NCBI GenBank assembly: GCA_044356215.1
Contig: JBIKWQ010000001.1
Span: forward strand, 1-64,000
Direction: 5' to 3'
Source: Bdellovibrionota bacterium
GTDB lineage: Bacteria > Bdellovibrionota_C > UBA2361 > OMII01
Length of the DNA: 64,000 bases
Part shown: positions 19,872 through 29,770 of the stretch, in pieces
How positions within the stretch are numbered: the first letter of the stretch is position 1
Layout of the letters: every line of letters starts with the position of its first letter
Notes under the pieces: generated by a model
Told to the model about the DNA's origin: nothing
What the model saw: the letters and a program-made list of their open reading frames with translations, nothing else
Database searches by the model: none
Made by a program: the position numbers and the translations under genes

Positions 19872-20609
19872 ATGAAAAACGTAATGATAATTGGAGCGAC
19901 ATCAGCTATCGCGACCGAAGTAGCCCGTGAGTTCGCGAAAAATGGCGCTAGCCTCTTTCTCTTCGCCCGCAATCAAGAGCGGCTCGAGAATCTGGCTAAC
20001 GATCTTAGAGTTCGGGGCGCGAAAGCGGTTCACACAGCGACATTTGACGCCCAAGATATCGCTTCTCATCAGAAAAAACTTGAACAGGCGATTGAGATTA
20101 TCGGAGAGATAGACGGCGTCCTACTAGCACACGGGGATCTGCCAAATCAAAAGATCTGCCAAGAAACTTACGATGAGACCGAGCGCTCACTAAAAACAAA
20201 CCTTTTAAGCCCAATAGCGATCTTAACTTGGATGGCTAATTATTTTGAGTCGCGTCGCAAGGGTAACATCACCGTTATCTCATCAGTCGCTGGGGATCGC
20301 GGAAGACAGAGCAACTACGTCTACGGCTCCGCGAAGGGTGGACTCTCCACCTTCTTACAAGGACTACGCAACCGCCTGAGCTTTGCCGGCGTGACGGTCA
20401 CAACTATAAAGCCTGGCTTCGTTGATACACCGATGACGCAAGATCTCCCTAAGGGCCCTCTTTTCGCCTCCGCTGCGACGGTTGGACAAAGGATTCACAA
20501 GGCGATGAATCGCGGCGAGAACGTTGTGTACACACCTTTCTTCTGGCGCTTTATAATGGGGATAATCATTCACATCCCCGAGCCGATCTTTAAAAAACTA
20601 AAGCTCTAA
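19872..20609 (+). CDS. SDR oxidoreductase, DprE2-like
   Basis: GATSAIA, SSVAGDRGRQSNYVYGSAK, KPGFVDTPMT; follows the DprE1-like gene. Confidence 0.92.
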   Translation: MKNVMIIGATSAIATEVAREFAKNGASLFLFARNQERLENLANDLRVRGAKAVHTATFDAQDIASHQKKLEQAIEIIGEIDGVLLAHGDLPNQKICQETYDETERSLKTNLLSPIAILTWMANYFESRRKGNITVISSVAGDRGRQSNYVYGSAKGGLSTFLQGLRNRLSFAGVTVTTIKPGFVDTPMTQDLPKGPLFASAATVGQRIHKAMNRGENVVYTPFFWRFIMGIIIHIPEPIFKKLKL

Positions 20610-21101
20610 AAGAAAGTTTATCTGTTTCACCAAAAGCGACTCAGCGCGGAACTTTTCGCAGAACATATCAGCCCCGCGTTCTAGGGCGACGAACTCTAGA
20701 TCATCCCCGCACGCGGTGAGCATTATGACTGGTATCTCTGCCCCATCAACCTGAACATCTGAGGTTCGAAGGGCCTGCAGGAACTCAAAGCCATCCATTT
20801 CAGGCATCTTATAATCGGACACCACGATATCGACTGATTTATCACCTAACAGGTCGAGCGCCTCTGTAGCTGACTGTGACGCCACAACCGCGAATCCAGC
20901 TCTTTCAATGATTCTCTTTAGAAATTTAAGCTGATCGGCATCGTCATCAACGACCATAACAGACCGCTTGCGCTGACTGCTCCGACCTTTATTTTCCTGT
21001 GGCTCATCCAGATCCCATGCGCAGAGACCTAGCATCTCTGTATCACTATATGAGCCAGGTATCTGAATCCCTCTCTTCGTTTTTGACTCTCCCATAATCA
21101 A
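20598..21101 (-). CDS. Single-domain response regulator (receiver) with N-terminal extension
   Basis: VVDDD, SDYKMPEMDG, IMLTA, GADMFCEK. Confidence 0.9.
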   Translation of the reverse strand: MIMGESKTKRGIQIPGSYSDTEMLGLCAWDLDEPQENKGRSSQRKRSVMVVDDDADQLKFLKRIIERAGFAVVASQSATEALDLLGDKSVDIVVSDYKMPEMDGFEFLQALRTSDVQVDGAEIPVIMLTACGDDLEFVALERGADMFCEKFRAESLLVKQINFLLEL

Positions 21102-21412
21102 TCACCTCGTGAATCTTGGCGCTAAACCCCGGCGCCTAAGAACTCTCCTCGGCAGAAAGGAGGATTGGCTTGGCAATCCGGGGCTTTTTTTGCTTCTAAG
21201 AAAATCTCATAGCGAGGTGGAAGCACCGAGTAACGAGAGGTTAAGGGTTAACAGGCGTGCGTGCTAGAGATTCAACTCTAGTCCATCTGCCACATCTATC
21301 CTCTCACTATTACCCACAAGTAGTAGTTAAGAAGGAAGAGGTGTCGATAATAATCTCGGAATTTGCTCAGTCCTGCCAGGTATGGCTTAATATCTCTTAT
21401 ACTTCACCTTTT

Positions 21413-21534
21413 TCCTCCCCCTCTTTGCTCTCGCCGCTCTCTTTGTACAAAAAGGATCCGCCGAGGTTTTCATTTGAACAAGGAGGCCAGCGAGAACGGA
21501 CAGAGGGGGATACTGACGGCGCGGCTTATCCCTT
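21413..21534. repeat. Palindromic intergenic repeat, copy A (inverted relative to 23811..23930)
   Basis: About 10 mismatches over ~90 nt versus the reverse complement of copy B; internal arms TCCCCCTCT...AGAGGGGGA. Confidence 0.85.
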
Positions 21535-21819
21535 CCCATCGCTGTCATCGTTGGTCTCTTTGTGAAAAAGATCTTCAGGAGCAACGAATTGATCATCTCT
21601 TTATAAAGAGCAATAAAATCGGCGAGCCGTAAAAGGGCTTTTACCTACTTGTTGTCCTGAACCATATCTGTGAAGACTTATCTCCCAGGATGTGGGTATT
21701 AGTCAGATAAGCGTTCCCCACTTTCCAAAACGGACTAGCAAAATCCGCCCCTGTAGCGTATCTATGTGTGAATACAATACCGGCGAAATTTACCGCCACC
21801 AGCCTCGGAAACCTTAATT

Positions 21820-22878
21820 ATGCGAAAGAAAAAATTCGGAATAGCTATAGTTGGAGGGAGCGGATACGGAGCCGGAGAGCTTTTAAGGCTTCTTACCAAT
21901 CATCCCGAAATAGAGGCCGCATGCGTGGTATCGAAATCGCACGCTGGCAAATCAGTGACCTCGGTTCACACACATCTCGAGGGTGTGACAGATCTTAAGT
22001 TCAGCGAAAGCCTAACTCCGAACTGGGACGCAGGCTACGCTGGTGCCGCCGTGGTCTGTGGTGTTCCAACAGGACACGCCGCTAATACGATCTCTGAACT
22101 AATTAAAAATGGATTAGCAAACGGGATAAAGATAATAGATCTCTCCGGTGATCTCCGTTTGCGCGATGCCTCCCTGCACCAGAAGCACTACGCTGAGGTC
22201 CCCTACTCTGCAGAGCTTCGCCTTAGCGCTGTCTACGGACTACCGGAACTTGTAAGCGCCGATGAGATATCAAAAGCCAGAGTAATCACAAATCCCGGAT
22301 GCCTGGCTACCGCGGCTATCTTAGCGTTGGCTCCTTTGCGAGGAATAAAGGGGATCACATCTGTTTCGGTAGACGCGAAAACCGGAACTTCGGGCGCGGG
22401 CCGTGAACCACAGGCTGCGATGCACCATCCAAGCCGCGCTCTCGACTGCACAGCGTATAAGGTGCTTGAGCACAGACACGAACCGGAGATCTTGCAGGCG
22501 CTCGGAGATGAGTTCTATCCAAGCGATAGCTTTATGTTCGTCCCGCACCTTCTCCCAGTCTCACGTGGGTGTTTGATCTCGTGTTACATCACATGCCAAG
22601 ACGATTCCAGCGCCGCGGCCGCGGCTAAGAACTATAAGAGTCTTTACAGCACAGCTAAATTTGTTCGATTGAGAGATCGTCCAGTGCGCTTGGTTGATAT
22701 CGTTGGAACTAACTTCTGCGATCTGCATGTTGTAGCCCGAGGAAAACAGTTGGTAGTAACCAGCGCCTTAGATAATCTTGGAAAAGGGATGGCGAGCCAA
22801 TGTATCCAAAATCTAAATATTATCTTTGGATTGACTCAGGAGACAGGACTGATGGCGCCTGCGTTAGGCCCTGTATAA
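21820..22878 (+). CDS. argC: N-acetyl-gamma-glutamyl-phosphate reductase
   Basis: GGSGYGAGEL, IDLSGDLRL, YGLPE, NPGC, GTSGAG, HRHEPEI, DNLGKG. Confidence 0.97.
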   Translation: MRKKKFGIAIVGGSGYGAGELLRLLTNHPEIEAACVVSKSHAGKSVTSVHTHLEGVTDLKFSESLTPNWDAGYAGAAVVCGVPTGHAANTISELIKNGLANGIKIIDLSGDLRLRDASLHQKHYAEVPYSAELRLSAVYGLPELVSADEISKARVITNPGCLATAAILALAPLRGIKGITSVSVDAKTGTSGAGREPQAAMHHPSRALDCTAYKVLEHRHEPEILQALGDEFYPSDSFMFVPHLLPVSRGCLISCYITCQDDSSAAAAAKNYKSLYSTAKFVRLRDRPVRLVDIVGTNFCDLHVVARGKQLVVTSALDNLGKGMASQCIQNLNIIFGLTQETGLMAPALGPV

Positions 22879-22888
22879 CGGAGCAGTT

Positions 22889-23749
22889 ATGAATACACGA
22901 TCCAACTCTGATTTAGCTAATGAGCTTTTAAACACATTCCCGCAACTAGCCGCTCTGAAGGGGCGCAGATTTCTTGTTAAATACGGCGGCGCAGCTATGG
23001 AGTCGCAGCAAACAAGGATCGATGTCTGTCGTGAGATCGCGGCGTTAACGCGGATCGGATTAGAGATCGTCGTGGTTCACGGAGGGGGCAAAGAGATATC
23101 AAGGCTCTTAGAACGACTAGACATTCCATCAAACTTCATCGGAGGTTTGCGACAGACAAGCCCCGATGCGATGATAGCAACCGAGATGGCCCTTTCAGGA
23201 TCAATAAACAAGGACCTATCCTCAAGGATTACACATCTAGGGGTTAAAGCTGTCGGGATATCTGGGCGTGATGCGCATCTATTCGAAGCTACGCATATAA
23301 AGGGTCCGAATGGAGAGGACCTCGGTTCAACCGGTGAGATTGCACGATGCGAGCCTGTCATTATTGATACGCTACTCAAAGCTGGCTATATCCCTGTTGT
23401 ATCACCTGTAGCTGAAACCGCCGATGGCGCTCCACTAAACATCAACGCCGACTACGCGGCCGCTGCTTTAGCGGGAGCGCTAAAGGTAGCAAGCTGTGTA
23501 TTTTTAACAGATGTTGATGGAGTAAAGAGTGAGGGCCAAGTGCAGTCTTCTTTGTCGGCCGATGAGATTGAGAAACTGATAGCCAACGGAACTATCTCTG
23601 GTGGAATGATTCCCAAGGTGCAGTGCGCGTTGCGCGCGGTTAAAGCTGGATGCTTAAGCGCAAGTATCTGTAACGCTGGGGCGGCGAATATTGTAGCCCG
23701 AGCGCTAACCGGTGGAGCTGGAGCTGGGACTCGGGTGGTTGGGAGGTAG
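22889..23749 (+). CDS. argB: Acetylglutamate kinase
   Basis: VKYGGAAM, VVHGGG, NINAD, LTDVDG, GGMIPKV. Confidence 0.97.
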   Translation: MNTRSNSDLANELLNTFPQLAALKGRRFLVKYGGAAMESQQTRIDVCREIAALTRIGLEIVVVHGGGKEISRLLERLDIPSNFIGGLRQTSPDAMIATEMALSGSINKDLSSRITHLGVKAVGISGRDAHLFEATHIKGPNGEDLGSTGEIARCEPVIIDTLLKAGYIPVVSPVAETADGAPLNINADYAAAALAGALKVASCVFLTDVDGVKSEGQVQSSLSADEIEKLIANGTISGGMIPKVQCALRAVKAGCLSASICNAGAANIVARALTGGAGAGTRVVGR

Positions 23750-23810
23750 GAAATTAGGATTTATTGGCGACTTTTCCCCGCCTGATGCTCCTTATCCTTG
23801 GTACATGGTC

Positions 23811-23930
23811 AAGGCATAAGCGGCACCGTCATTATCCCCCTCTGTCCGTTCTCGCTGATCTCTTTGTTTAAATGGAAACCTCGGCTGATCCTTTTTGTAC
23901 AGTAGAGAACGGCGAGGACAAGGAGGAGGA
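23811..23930. repeat. Palindromic intergenic repeat, copy B
   Basis: Reverse complement of 21413..21534. Confidence 0.85.
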
Positions 23931-24117
23931 TCTAGGTAAAATAAGTAAAGGTAAATCTCCGTGGCCCTCCGTGACCTCGATGTGGAGGATTAGGAGAAGG
24001 TGCCGGATGAAGATAAGAAGAAGAAGGAAGATGCAGGAGAAGGAGGAAGAGGAGGAGATAGGTGCAGGATAAAGAAAAAGATTAGGAGAAAAACATGTAA
24101 ACTCTATTTAGGGATTG

Positions 24118-24152
<35 letters not shown>

Positions 24153-24181
24153 TGGTGAGTAGTTACACTACTTCAAACTCC

Positions 24182-25048
24182 CTAAATCACCCACCAATCA
24201 AAAAACCCAAACACCATCAAAACGATGCTTCCGGCTCCATTACGCAGAAAGAAAACCTGATCGATCTGATCAAGACCATGCCTAAAAACTGTTATGTGCT
24301 GACTTGCTATTAGAAGCGAGAACACCACAGCTCCTATCCAAAATAATATACCCAAGCCAAACAACCACCCGAACCAAAACAGCGCGACAACAGAGCAGAT
24401 GTGCATGAGTGCCGCGATCTTTAGCGATCTACTAATCCCAAACTTACTTGGTACGCTAAACAATCCGTTCTCACGATCGAATTCCAGATCCTGGCAGGCA
24501 TACAAGATATCGAATCCAGCTACCCACAAAAGCACACTTAGCATAAGTGGCGCTGGTCGCGCTGACCACTCGGCCGTTAACGCGTACCAAACACCCCCGG
24601 GAGCCATCGCCAGAGAGAGTCCTAACACAAGATGGCACACGCTTGAGAAGCGTTTTACAAATGAATAACCCAAAAGCACACAGAGGACTGGAAAAGACAG
24701 AACGCCGCAGTGACCTCCAAGAGCAAACGCAGCCAGCACGAAGATCGTCGAAGCCCCTAATACTAAAGCCACCGCCTCTAGTGATGAAACTTTACCCGCT
24801 GGGATCTCTCTTCCTCTTGTTCGCGCGTTCCGCGCATCGAACCTAGCGTCAACCAAACGATTAAAAGCCATCGCCGCCGAGCGCGCGGCTACCACGCAGA
24901 TTAGCAGTAAAGAGATCTGTCCCCACGTTACGACTCTTACCCGCGCGACTGCTAGAATCATGACCACCGCGAAGGGCAGCGCTAATACAGAGTGCGAGAA
25001 CTTAATAAGATTCCCCCACACTACTAACTTTTCAACAAGGGCGAGCAT
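24182..25048 (-). CDS. UbiA-family prenyltransferase of the futalosine menaquinone pathway (MqnP-like)
   Basis: IKFSHSVLALPF, ARSAAMAFNRLVDARFDARN, GFDILYACQD; clustered with ubiX, menG and mqnE. Confidence 0.92.
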   Translation of the reverse strand: MLALVEKLVVWGNLIKFSHSVLALPFAVVMILAVARVRVVTWGQISLLLICVVAARSAAMAFNRLVDARFDARNARTRGREIPAGKVSSLEAVALVLGASTIFVLAAFALGGHCGVLSFPVLCVLLGYSFVKRFSSVCHLVLGLSLAMAPGGVWYALTAEWSARPAPLMLSVLLWVAGFDILYACQDLEFDRENGLFSVPSKFGISRSLKIAALMHICSVVALFWFGWLFGLGILFWIGAVVFSLLIASQHITVFRHGLDQIDQVFFLRNGAGSIVLMVFGFFDWWVI

Positions 25049-25060
25049 CTAGATCATCTA

Positions 25061-25678
25061 CTAGGTAGCGCTACTCTCTTTCCACCTCTGACCGAGGGGA
25101 TGATCAATTCCCATACTATCGAGGACCTTCATCACGAATTGATCTACTAGCTGCTCAACTGTCGCTGGTCGATTGTAAAAAGCCGGCATGGCAGGCACTA
25201 CCTTCACCCCGCAGCGAGCCAAGGTCAACATATTCTCTAAATGGATCGGCGACAGCGGTGTTTCCCGAGGAACGATAATTAGAGGCCGCCCCTCTTTCAT
25301 CGTTACATCAGCCGCCCTATGCACAAGGTGATTTGGAATCCCATGCGCTATCGCCCCAAGCGTCGCCATCGAACACGGAATTACTACCATGCCTGAAGTT
25401 CGCATCGAGCCTGACGCTACTCGAGCTCCGATATCTCGGCAGTTATAAAATGTAACATTACTCGCGGAGACTCCGCACAGCTTCTCTAGGCTAAGAGAAG
25501 ACCCACTAACGGCGATCCCCTCTTCATCATTTAGAACCCGAACAGCAGCCTCAGAGAAAACAACGTGAACCTCGTTCACAAGCGTAGGAAGCACCTGAAG
25601 CAGTCGCAAAGCATAGCGCACCCCGCTTCCTCCGGTTACACCTACAACCCAGATCGATTTACTGCTGTTACTCGCCAC
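25061..25678 (-). CDS. ubiX: Flavin prenyltransferase
   Basis: GVTGGSG, ASGS, PCSMATL, RAADVTMKE, PRETP, PAFY. Confidence 0.95.
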   Translation of the reverse strand: MASNSSKSIWVVGVTGGSGVRYALRLLQVLPTLVNEVHVVFSEAAVRVLNDEEGIAVSGSSLSLEKLCGVSASNVTFYNCRDIGARVASGSMRTSGMVVIPCSMATLGAIAHGIPNHLVHRAADVTMKEGRPLIIVPRETPLSPIHLENMLTLARCGVKVVPAMPAFYNRPATVEQLVDQFVMKVLDSMGIDHPLGQRWKESSAT

Positions 25679-25754
25679 TCTGCCTCTAGAAATTAACGCC
25701 TACGCGCCGCACTGCTCTATGTAGATTACTCGCTTGGCGCCAAAAACGCCACTT

Positions 25755-26471
25755 TTAACGGGTTGCGACGTATATGAACGCAACACCTCCAAAAAGCGGC
25801 TTAGCGGTCGCGGACGAGAATCCACACCCCCTTAAAACCTCAATAAAGGGGTCACCACACGGAAAAGCGGAGGCTGTCTTTGGGAGATACTCATATGGAG
25901 CTCGCTCGCCTGAGATAAGACCACCTAACGCTGGAATAATATGGCGTGAATAGAATCCGAAGCATGATGCCCATATACCACGACCAGGTTGACCGAACTC
26001 CAAGATCGCCGCGCTTCTGCCGGGCTTTAGTACGCGACAAACCTCTTGTAGGCCCAGCTTAAAATCCGGCCAATTGCGGACCCCGTACGCCACGGTCACT
26101 GCATCAAAGCTCGCGTCACTAAAGTTAAGATGCTGCGCGTCCCCCTCGAATAACTCTACATCAGCGCATCCCCCGAAACGGGACTTGGCGATGGCTAGCA
26201 TTCCTGGCGAGATATCAACTCCAATGACTCGCTTAAACCTTCTTCTTAAGTGGGGAATAAGAGCGCCGGTGCCTGTGCAAAGGTCGAGGCACTCTTCATT
26301 AGGCTCTGTCGGCAAGCTATTAACTAACTTTTTCTCCCAGATCTTGTGGGTACCGCAGCTAAGGAGGGTATTCAGTAGGTCGTAGCGCTTCGCTATGGAA
26401 TCGAACATCGAGCGCACCTTATCGGAGCTCTCAGGGCGATTAGAATGTGTGAGTAAATCCGAGGATTCCAT
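25755..26471 (-). CDS. menG: Demethylmenaquinone methyltransferase (UbiE/MenG)
   Basis: MFDSIAKRYDLLN, LDLCTGTG, YGVRN, RVLKPG, YEYLP. Confidence 0.93.
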   Translation of the reverse strand: MESSDLLTHSNRPESSDKVRSMFDSIAKRYDLLNTLLSCGTHKIWEKKLVNSLPTEPNEECLDLCTGTGALIPHLRRRFKRVIGVDISPGMLAIAKSRFGGCADVELFEGDAQHLNFSDASFDAVTVAYGVRNWPDFKLGLQEVCRVLKPGRSAAILEFGQPGRGIWASCFGFYSRHIIPALGGLISGERAPYEYLPKTASAFPCGDPFIEVLRGCGFSSATAKPLFGGVAFIYVATR

Positions 26472-26501
26472 ACCGTTCGCGCTTTAGTGTAGTCTCTTTT
26501 C

Positions 26502-27305
26502 ATGGAAAGAACAAAGCACCCTATGACAAGCGCGGCACTTTTCTCTTTAATCAGGTTGCTGCCTATATACACAGCTCTCGCCTTCGCGAATACGACAGCC
26601 CTCCCCCCGCTAGCCTCGCGCTCCCTCTTGGATGTAATGATTAGGTTAACCGTCGTAATGGCGCTTTGGAGCATGGCAGAGGGTGTTTTTATGTTGTGGG
26701 CCAGGGAGCGCAGCGCGGGCTCAGAGAACTCACGGGGCTACGCGGCGGTAGGTTTAATCCTAGCCTTGATTGTCCTGATCGTTTTGCAAGCTTTTAGAGC
26801 ACAAGCGACTCAAGGTAGCTTTATCTTACTCTTAGCGATCCTATCGATCAGAGGGATGTCGAGAGGCAGTTGGGAGCAAGGCAGACATATTCTAGCGGTG
26901 ATTCTCTCGCCTCTGGCGCATTCGCTAGCCGCGTTACTATCGTTTTTACTTGTGATCGGAAGTGTATCTTGGCAATCAGCTCTAATATCTATCGCTATCG
27001 GGGTATTTACCGCGGCGATTGAAGAGAGCTGGTATGCCGCGAAAATAAGTCGCGAGCTACCAACCTGGGTTGTTCCGGCATATCGCGCGTGCCTCCTAAT
27101 CCCACCATTCCTGATCGGCTCGTTGAGCCTCTTCCAACAATTACCTAAATCGTATATCTCAGCTTTTTTAGTGGCTTTTCTGGCTTCTAGATTCATTAGA
27201 GGGATCTCATCAATCGCTGACCTTCAGAGCTGTCGATTCTCCACAGTTGCTGGTATATACATACTGTTTATCGGAATCCTTCTGGCAGCGAGGACTTATT
27301 CTTAG
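26502..27305 (+). CDS. Polytopic membrane protein (possibly a degenerate MenA/UbiA-like fold)
   Basis: About 8 hydrophobic segments; lies between menG and mqnE; no Asp-rich motifs. Confidence 0.6.
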   Translation: MERTKHPMTSAALFSLIRLLPIYTALAFANTTALPPLASRSLLDVMIRLTVVMALWSMAEGVFMLWARERSAGSENSRGYAAVGLILALIVLIVLQAFRAQATQGSFILLLAILSIRGMSRGSWEQGRHILAVILSPLAHSLAALLSFLLVIGSVSWQSALISIAIGVFTAAIEESWYAAKISRELPTWVVPAYRACLLIPPFLIGSLSLFQQLPKSYISAFLVAFLASRFIRGISSIADLQSCRFSTVAGIYILFIGILLAARTYS

Positions 27306-27356
27306 ATACGGTGCGGCGCTCTCGTCACCAGGCTAAACAAGAACCATAGGATCAAA

Positions 27357-28445
27357 GTGAGATCGATCGATTATATCCGTGAAAAGATTGTGTCAGGAGA
27401 ACGTCTGAATCTTGAGGATGGTGTTTTCTTATTCAATCACCCTAATTTACTTGATATCGCCCAACTAGCTCATCAGGTGCGGTTAAAAAAACACGGTAAA
27501 ACTACATACTACAATTGGAACCTACACTTAAATTCAACAAATGTCTGCGAGGCCAGCTGCCTATTCTGCTCATTCGCGCGATTGAAAACGGGAATGCCAC
27601 AGGCGTACACGATGAGCGTTAATGACGCTCGCGGTTGGATAAAGGAACGTTATAAGCCCGGGATGACGGAGATTCATATCGTCAACGGACTTAATCCGGA
27701 CCTGGACTTTCAGTACTATCTGGACCTACTCTCGATGATTCGTAGTGAGTACCCAGCTCTACACATTAAAGCCTTCACCGCTGTAGAGATCCACTATTTT
27801 GCGTCGAAATACTCGCTCTCATACGAGTCAGTATTGAGTTCTCTGATCAACGCGGGCTTGCAATCTATCCCTGGCGGTGGCGCTGAGATCTTCGCCGAGC
27901 GGGTTAGAAAAAAGATCTGCCGCGATAAAGCCTCCGCCGATGAGTGGCTGGAAGTCCATCGTGTAGCCCACTCCTTGGGTCTTAAAAGCAATTGCACCAT
28001 GCTTTATGGGACCATCGAGACCCACGAGGAGCGCGTTGACCACATGCTGCGTTTACGTGACCTTCAGGATCAAACCGGGGGCTTTCAGGTTTTTATTCCA
28101 CTCGCCTTTCACAATGAGGGGAACCGAATGGAGCGAATCCCGGCACCTACGGCTGTTGACGATTTGCGGGTGATCGCTATCAGCAGGCTGATGCTCGATT
28201 CCATTCCGCACATCAAGGCCTACTGGGTAATGCTTGGGATAAAAACAGCTCAAACAGCCCTAATCTGCGGAGCTAATGACATAGACGGGACTGTGACCGA
28301 GGAGAAGATCTACCATATGGCGGGATCTCACTCTCCGGACGCTCTATCCCTATCAGATATTAGGCACCTGATTGAGTCAGCCGGCCTAGAGCCACAGGAA
28401 CGCGATACGGTGTACCAGCTGGTTGATAGAGAGTCCGGTGAGTAG
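27357..28445 (+). CDS. mqnE: Aminofutalosine synthase (radical SAM)
   Basis: TNVCEASCLFC, PGGGAEIF, HIKAYW, DGTVTEEKIYHMAG; menaquinone gene context. Confidence 0.9.
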   Translation: MRSIDYIREKIVSGERLNLEDGVFLFNHPNLLDIAQLAHQVRLKKHGKTTYYNWNLHLNSTNVCEASCLFCSFARLKTGMPQAYTMSVNDARGWIKERYKPGMTEIHIVNGLNPDLDFQYYLDLLSMIRSEYPALHIKAFTAVEIHYFASKYSLSYESVLSSLINAGLQSIPGGGAEIFAERVRKKICRDKASADEWLEVHRVAHSLGLKSNCTMLYGTIETHEERVDHMLRLRDLQDQTGGFQVFIPLAFHNEGNRMERIPAPTAVDDLRVIAISRLMLDSIPHIKAYWVMLGIKTAQTALICGANDIDGTVTEEKIYHMAGSHSPDALSLSDIRHLIESAGLEPQERDTVYQLVDRESGE

Positions 28446-28450
28446 TTTCA

Positions 28451-28819
28451 CTATTTGTAAATCGCCAGGCTAGCCGCTATCGCTACGAGAACGGGGACCG
28501 CGAACCACAACTTACGCGCTAAGTGCTGCTTATAAGCCAACGCTACAAAAGCGCCCAAGATCAACCAGATCACGACCTTCCCCATAACCCATCCAGGAAA
28601 CGAGTGAATACCCATCCTCGCCAACATTCCGAAGCCAGCGACTAACAGGAACAGCAAACCCACGCCGTGAGTTATCATAGCCCCTTTACGGAAAGAATTG
28701 CTTTGCTTCGAGCCGCCATTGATCGCGTGCAATATGATACCACCCAACGAAAGCACAACTAGACTTAGTCCAAGCAGGTGTAGCACCTTGTAAATTTCAT
28801 AACTCATTTTTTTCTCCAA
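28451..28819 (-). CDS. Small 4-TM membrane protein
   Basis: YKVLHLLG...HGVGLLFLLVAGFGMLA...W...K. Confidence 0.75.
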   Translation of the reverse strand: MEKKMSYEIYKVLHLLGLSLVVLSLGGIILHAINGGSKQSNSFRKGAMITHGVGLLFLLVAGFGMLARMGIHSFPGWVMGKVVIWLILGAFVALAYKQHLARKLWFAVPVLVAIAASLAIYK

Positions 28820-28909
28820 GTGTAAAACATGGCCAGGCGACCCGACCGCCTAACGAACCGCGAGCAGTATGCCCTACCTTTTGACCATGGTCCACAACTT
28901 GTGAAGCGC

Positions 28910-29770
28910 TTATGCTCCAAATAGCGCCATCTGTGGGTCGGCGATCTCATGCTCCACAGGATGATACAGCTTCTCCGGAGCTATGTGATTGAGCGCGTCG
29001 TATAGAGGGCGCTTGGTGTCGGCTCGCAGCCAGAAAAACTGCCGGTCTGCCGACAACTTTCGCGCCAACTCGCCAGTTGGCCTAGAACCGCCAGAAACAT
29101 CAGAGATCGACTGCAGCGATATAAAGTCCGCCTCTTTCGCCAGCTCCTCGGCGAAGGACTTGGCGTCATTCCGCCAATCTCCGTAAGGCAAGATCGGCGC
29201 AACCTGCATACCGACTTTGAATCCGAAGCGACGCAACGCGCGCGCGGTTTTCCAGCGCTCACTGACAGTCGGCAAGTCAGGTGTGTATCTCAACCGCACC
29301 TCCTCAAGAGGTGTTTCTAATCCGATCATTACGAAGGTGTTGTTCCGAACCTGCTTAAGGACAGGTAAGCCGATGACGATTAACGGCGACCGAGTTTGAA
29401 TAACTAACTTGCCTGGAGCGTATCTTTCGAAGAGCTCAAGAAACTTCATACTCGTGGCGAATTTCTCATCAAAGGGATGAAATGGATCCGTTGTAACACC
29501 GAACACAACAGTTGACCTCCGAAGCTCACCGCGAGAGGAGAGCCTAGCCAGGTGTCGCTCCAAATCGGCGAGTGGTTGCTGGGTATTCATTACGTACCTA
29601 CTCCGTAGCAGCCCTCCCCCTTCTTTCTTGTTTCCCTCCGCTTGTAAATGGAACTTCTTCTCCTCCGCCGCCGCCCTACCGATCGAGATGCCGCGGGCAT
29701 AGGAGTCAACTACCAGAATAGGATTAGCGCGCTCCCTAACCGCCGCTCGCGTCTGATTATTATCGTTCAT
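28910..29770 (-). CDS. SPL/Rv2578c-like radical-SAM-fold protein lacking CxxxCxxC, with C-terminal QMALF
   Basis: GVTTDPFHP, IQTRSPLI, ERWKTARAL..G..VAPILP. No Cys from the AGGGAG-preceded ATG at 29770. Confidence 0.75.
   Translation of the reverse strand: MNDNNQTRAAVRERANPILVVDSYARGISIGRAAAEEKKFHLQAEGNKKEGGGLLRSRYVMNTQQPLADLERHLARLSSRGELRRSTVVFGVTTDPFHPFDEKFATSMKFLELFERYAPGKLVIQTRSPLIVIGLPVLKQVRNNTFVMIGLETPLEEVRLRYTPDLPTVSERWKTARALRRFGFKVGMQVAPILPYGDWRNDAKSFAEELAKEADFISLQSISDVSGGSRPTGELARKLSADRQFFWLRADTKRPLYDALNHIAPEKLYHPVEHEIADPQMALFGA

Noticed and set aside
21257..21632. Short ORFs here and at 23872..24072 with similar peptides (TSADPFCT)
   Set aside because: Translations of the non-coding palindromic repeat and low-complexity DNA.
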